The position numbers and the translations under genes were made by a program. Of a stretch of 35,352 nucleotides of DNA, positions 32,769 through 35,352 are shown in pieces. The DNA lies in the NCBI GenBank assembly GCA_934699595.1, contig CAKUWT010000001.1:419033-454384 (forward strand). Direction: 5' to 3'. Below the pieces are notes generated by a model that saw nothing but the letters and a program-made list of their open reading frames with translations, was not told the origin of the DNA and did no database searches. Positions within the stretch are counted from its first letter, which is position 1; every line of letters starts with the position of its first letter. This stretch comes from an uncultured Patescibacteria group bacterium. Lineage in GTDB: Bacteria > Patescibacteriota > Minisyncoccia > Phycocordibacterales > UBA918.

Positions 32769-33404
32769 TTATTTAGTGTCAGACACGCCTTTGAGGGCGT
32801 CTTGACTCTTAAGCTGCTTAAGCGCTTCGACTGTAGCGCGAGCATTATTTAATTTATTCTTGCTTCGTGAAAAGATTTTGGCCGTCACATCCTTGACACC
32901 CGCTAATTCCAAAACAGTACGCACTGAAGAACCAGCGACTAATCCACGACCAGCGGCTGGAATAATCATCACCTCGCTAGACGTGAACTTGGCATGCACA
33001 TCATGTGGTAAGTGACTGTCTTTATTCATCGAGACAGTAATCATATTCTTCTTGGCGTTGCGCACAGCTTTTTCAATAGCTAGCTGTGTATCGCCCGCTT
33101 TACCTAGGCCAACACCCACTCGCCCCTTCTTGTCACCGATCACCATCGCGACCGAGAAACTAAAGCGGCGTCCACCCGCCATCACGCGAGTTACGCGACG
33201 GATACTGATAATTTTTTGATCAAATTCTGGACGAACCCGACCACGCTCCCGTCCCCGACGAGGACGCCGCGGTCGACGGTTATTGTCGCCAGCTGGTTGT
33301 CGACGTCGTGGTTCAGCAGGTGCATCGGTTGCAACAGCTTCTGTAGCCCCTGCAGTTTCTGGGATTACCCCAGTTGTAGCTTCCGGCTGATTTGTTTCAG
33401 ACAT
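32769..33404 (-). CDS. rpsE: 30S ribosomal protein S5 (with an Arg/Pro-rich N-terminal extension of about 60 aa)
   Basis: ...IISIRRVTRVMAGGRRFSFSVAMVIGDKKGRVGVGLGKA...AIEKA. It ends only 5 nt before rplO, so no L30 gene lies between them. Confidence 0.9.
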   Translation of the reverse strand: MSETNQPEATTGVIPETAGATEAVATDAPAEPRRRQPAGDNNRRPRRPRRGRERGRVRPEFDQKIISIRRVTRVMAGGRRFSFSVAMVIGDKKGRVGVGLGKAGDTQLAIEKAVRNAKKNMITVSMNKDSHLPHDVHAKFTSSEVMIIPAAGRGLVAGSSVRTVLELAGVKDVTAKIFSRSKNKLNNARATVEALKQLKSQDALKGVSDTK

Positions 33405-33455
33405 AAACTTAACTTAAAATTTTAATAACTAATCTTCTTGATAATAAACAACCAT

Positions 33456-33809
33456 CTAGAAGACCAAACCTCCTTCACGGGCAGCGTCAGCCAAGATAGC
33501 GATGACGCCATGGTACTTAAAACCGCCGCGGTCAAAGACCACTGTGTCAACTTTCTTTGCCTTAGCTAATTCTGCTACCTTACTTCCAAGCGTTTTCGCA
33601 GCCTCAGTCATAGTACCCTTAATACCGCGTGAATCAGCGGCCGCCAAGGTGACACCCGCCTCATCATCAATTAGCTGCACATATAGGTAGTGATTGCTCT
33701 TAAAAACCGATAGTCGCGGTCGGGTCGCGGTACCAGAAATGCGTGCACGAATACGGTCTTGACGACTGCGGCGCTGTACAACTTTGTTTTGCTTTTTTTT
33801 CATATTCAT
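33456..33809 (-). CDS. rplR: 50S ribosomal protein L18
   Basis: ...[31 protein letters not shown]...[27 protein letters not shown]. Confidence 0.9.
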   Translation of the reverse strand: MNMKKKQNKVVQRRSRQDRIRARISGTATRPRLSVFKSNHYLYVQLIDDEAGVTLAAADSRGIKGTMTEAAKTLGSKVAELAKAKKVDTVVFDRGGFKYHGVIAILADAAREGGLVF

Positions 33810-33821
33810 TTCCAGGAGAGA

Positions 33822-34352
33822 CTAAACAGCCTTCTTACCTTGCTTACGAATAATAAACTCGTCACGATAACGAATTCCCTTACCTTTGTAAGGCTCTGGC
33901 GGGCGTACCTTGCGAATATTGGCAGCAAACTGACCCAAGGAATCCTTATCAGGTCCAGTGATAGTGATAGATGATTTTTCCACCACTGCAGTCAAGTTTT
34001 CCGGAATGGTTAGCACGACTGGGTGAGAGTAGCCCACGTTTAACACAACCTCATTACCCCGTACCTCAGCTCGGTAACCCACCCCTTCAATATCGAGGAT
34101 TTTGGTAAAACCATCGGTAACACCTTTGATCATATTGTGCAGATGAGCAGCGTAAGTACCCCACAACGCCTTAGCGTTATCAGTTTCTTGCGGTACTAAT
34201 TTTACCTCACCGTTCTCGATCATTACGGCCACATCATCTTTAATCATTCGTGAAAGGGTACCTTTCGGTCCTTTCACCTTCAGCTCCTGATCCACAAAAG
34301 TAATTTCTACTCCAGCAGGGACAGTAACTGGTAGTTTTCCTAATCGACTCAT
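33822..34352 (-). CDS. rplF: 50S ribosomal protein L6
   Basis: MSRLGKLPVTVPAGVEI...VKGPKG.L. The ATG at 34352 is preferred over the TTG at 34361. Confidence 0.9.
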   Translation of the reverse strand: MSRLGKLPVTVPAGVEITFVDQELKVKGPKGTLSRMIKDDVAVMIENGEVKLVPQETDNAKALWGTYAAHLHNMIKGVTDGFTKILDIEGVGYRAEVRGNEVVLNVGYSHPVVLTIPENLTAVVEKSSITITGPDKDSLGQFAANIRKVRPPEPYKGKGIRYRDEFIIRKQGKKAV

Positions 34353-34354
34353 AC

Positions 34355-34750
34355 TTACCAAATTATGAAAAGTTGCTCTCCACCAACATTTTGCTGACGA
34401 GCTTCCTCGTTGGTCAAAATTCCGGCTGGTGTCGACAAGATCATATGACCGTGTCCAAACTTTACTCGATTAATGTCCGTTACCTTAGTATACAAGCGTC
34501 GACCAGGCTTGGAGACTCGCTTCACACCGTTGATACAGTGCTGGTCTGCCTCATACTTAAGAGTAACTTCTAGTGTCTTGGTAGCTGGAGTTTTTCCTTT
34601 TACCTCAACGCTTTGCAGGTAACCCGCTGCCACCAACTTGTCGGCAATGGCATGGCGAAGACGAGAGTAAGGCACACTGACCACCTCGTGTCCAACCGCT
34701 CCGGCATTCTTCAGGCGAATAATAAAATCGCCGATCTTATCGCTTACCAT
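34355..34750 (-). CDS. rpsH: 30S ribosomal protein S8
   Basis: [16 protein letters not shown]...G.I.IW, with an ATGGTAA overlap with the rpsN stop. Confidence 0.9.
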   Translation of the reverse strand: MVSDKIGDFIIRLKNAGAVGHEVVSVPYSRLRHAIADKLVAAGYLQSVEVKGKTPATKTLEVTLKYEADQHCINGVKRVSKPGRRLYTKVTDINRVKFGHGHMILSTPAGILTNEEARQQNVGGEQLFIIW

Positions 34751-34929
34751 GATGATTTCTTAACGCCTGGTATATGACCTTCGTGCACCGCTTCACGGAA
34801 ACAGATACGACAAAGATCAAAGTCTTGTAAATAGCCATGCTTACGCCCACACTGGTTACAGCGACGGACGACACGGCTTTTGAATTTTGGTGGGCGACTA
34901 GCGCGCACCTTAAGTGATGTTCTTGCCAC
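34744..34929 (-). CDS. rpsN: 30S ribosomal protein S14, short zinc-ribbon (type Z) form
   Basis: 61 aa with a GTG start and [23 protein letters not shown] (CxxC...CxxC). Confidence 0.9.
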   Translation of the reverse strand: MARTSLKVRASRPPKFKSRVVRRCNQCGRKHGYLQDFDLCRICFREAVHEGHIPGVKKSSW

Positions 34930-35058
34930 TAATTATTTTGGTTATGAGGCCGTATCATGTAGAAATTCATGACGTGCCCCTTTAATAAATCGCCCCCATT
35001 GCTGGTTGGCGGCTGGTTGAGATTGACAAACTTATCAGAACCCAACGGAAGCTCCGCT

Positions 35059-35086
35059 AGTATAGCTTTTTTAGCAGGAAAATCAA
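35059..35086 (-). promoter_or_regulatory. Candidate sigma70-like promoter for the rpsN-led ribosomal operon
   Basis: The minus strand reads TTGATT, 16 nt, TATACT, about 125 nt upstream of the rpsN GTG. Confidence 0.4.
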
Positions 35087-35277
35087 GCGAATGAAACCTA
35101 AATAAGTATGCCTATATGAGTAGTCTTTCGACTACTCGGAACACCCCTCTCACATAAGCTGTGCCCATGTGAGAGGAGAGGGAGGCTGTTCACCTCATCA
35201 CCACCACCCCCTCGCAAGCTTTACTTGCAAAAGATGGTGGTCAGTATCAGTAAAAACTACTTAGGGCGATCTTTAAC

Positions 35278-35352
35278 CTACTTAACCCCCAACAACCCCA
35301 AGAACACCTGGAGTACAGTGATTAACTCTTGCACCAAGGTCTTGTTCTCTTC
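35278..35352 (-). CDS. 3' end (last 24 codons plus stop) of an unidentified gene that carries the same C-terminal motif as the giant surface protein
   Basis: Hand translation of the minus strand from 35352 gives EENKTLVQELITVLQVFLGLLGVK*, with TAG at 35280-35278. It is absent from the ORF track because it has no start in the window. Confidence 0.6.
   Translation of the reverse strand, partial: EENKTLVQELITVLQVFLGLLGVK

Noticed and set aside
32450-33974. Plus-strand track ORFs inside the ribosomal protein genes (32450-32740, 33216-33425, 33502-33690, 33759-33974)
   Set aside because: They are antisense to well-recognised rplO, rpsE, rplR and rplF genes.

Overview
This 35.3 kb window comes from a small-genome bacterium that uses the standard genetic code. 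TGA ends pilM, and the long housekeeping ORFs are uninterrupted. Gene content points by inference to a Candidate Phyla Radiation/Patescibacteria organism, possibly Saccharibacteria-like. The evidence is an S14-S8-L6-L18-S5-L15-secY block with no L30 gene, a Gram-positive-style type IV pilus operon (pilM-N-O-x-pilB) next to comF, and very little metabolism (malic enzyme, adk, ndk). Other housekeeping genes are terC-family, ung, recG, ftsH, smpB, infC-rpmI-rplT, a beta-CASP MBL nuclease and map. RNA genes missing from the ORF track are tRNA-Thr(CGU), tRNA-Ser(GCU), tRNA-Ile(UAU) and a one-piece tmRNA (18382-18790) lying under two spurious ORFs. The most interesting observations are these. (1) A 1301-aa surface protein has two six-bladed NHL-like propellers, four Ig-like repeats and an Fn3 domain. 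Its extreme C-terminal about 23 aa recur at the C terminus of a second, truncated gene at the window edge. They are conserved as peptide but divergent at synonymous sites, which suggests an undescribed C-terminal sorting or anchoring tag. (2) That second gene and a structured 350-nt spacer interrupt the ribosomal cluster where rplE is expected. (3) Four GC-rich islets (about 57-62% GC in hand-counted 60-nt lines, against about 42% in one 60-nt pilO line taken as background) carry orphan genes. These include a tandem paralog pair with AbrB-like plus cold-shock-like features and two small hydrophobic ORFs wedged between smpB and ssrA. (4) There are tRNA-Ser fragment repeats, a PAP2 gene split by an in-frame TGA, ung flanked by 13-bp direct repeats and compensatory palindromes, and two candidate cis-regulatory leaders. 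No CRISPR array, transposase, integrase or recognisable defence gene was seen.
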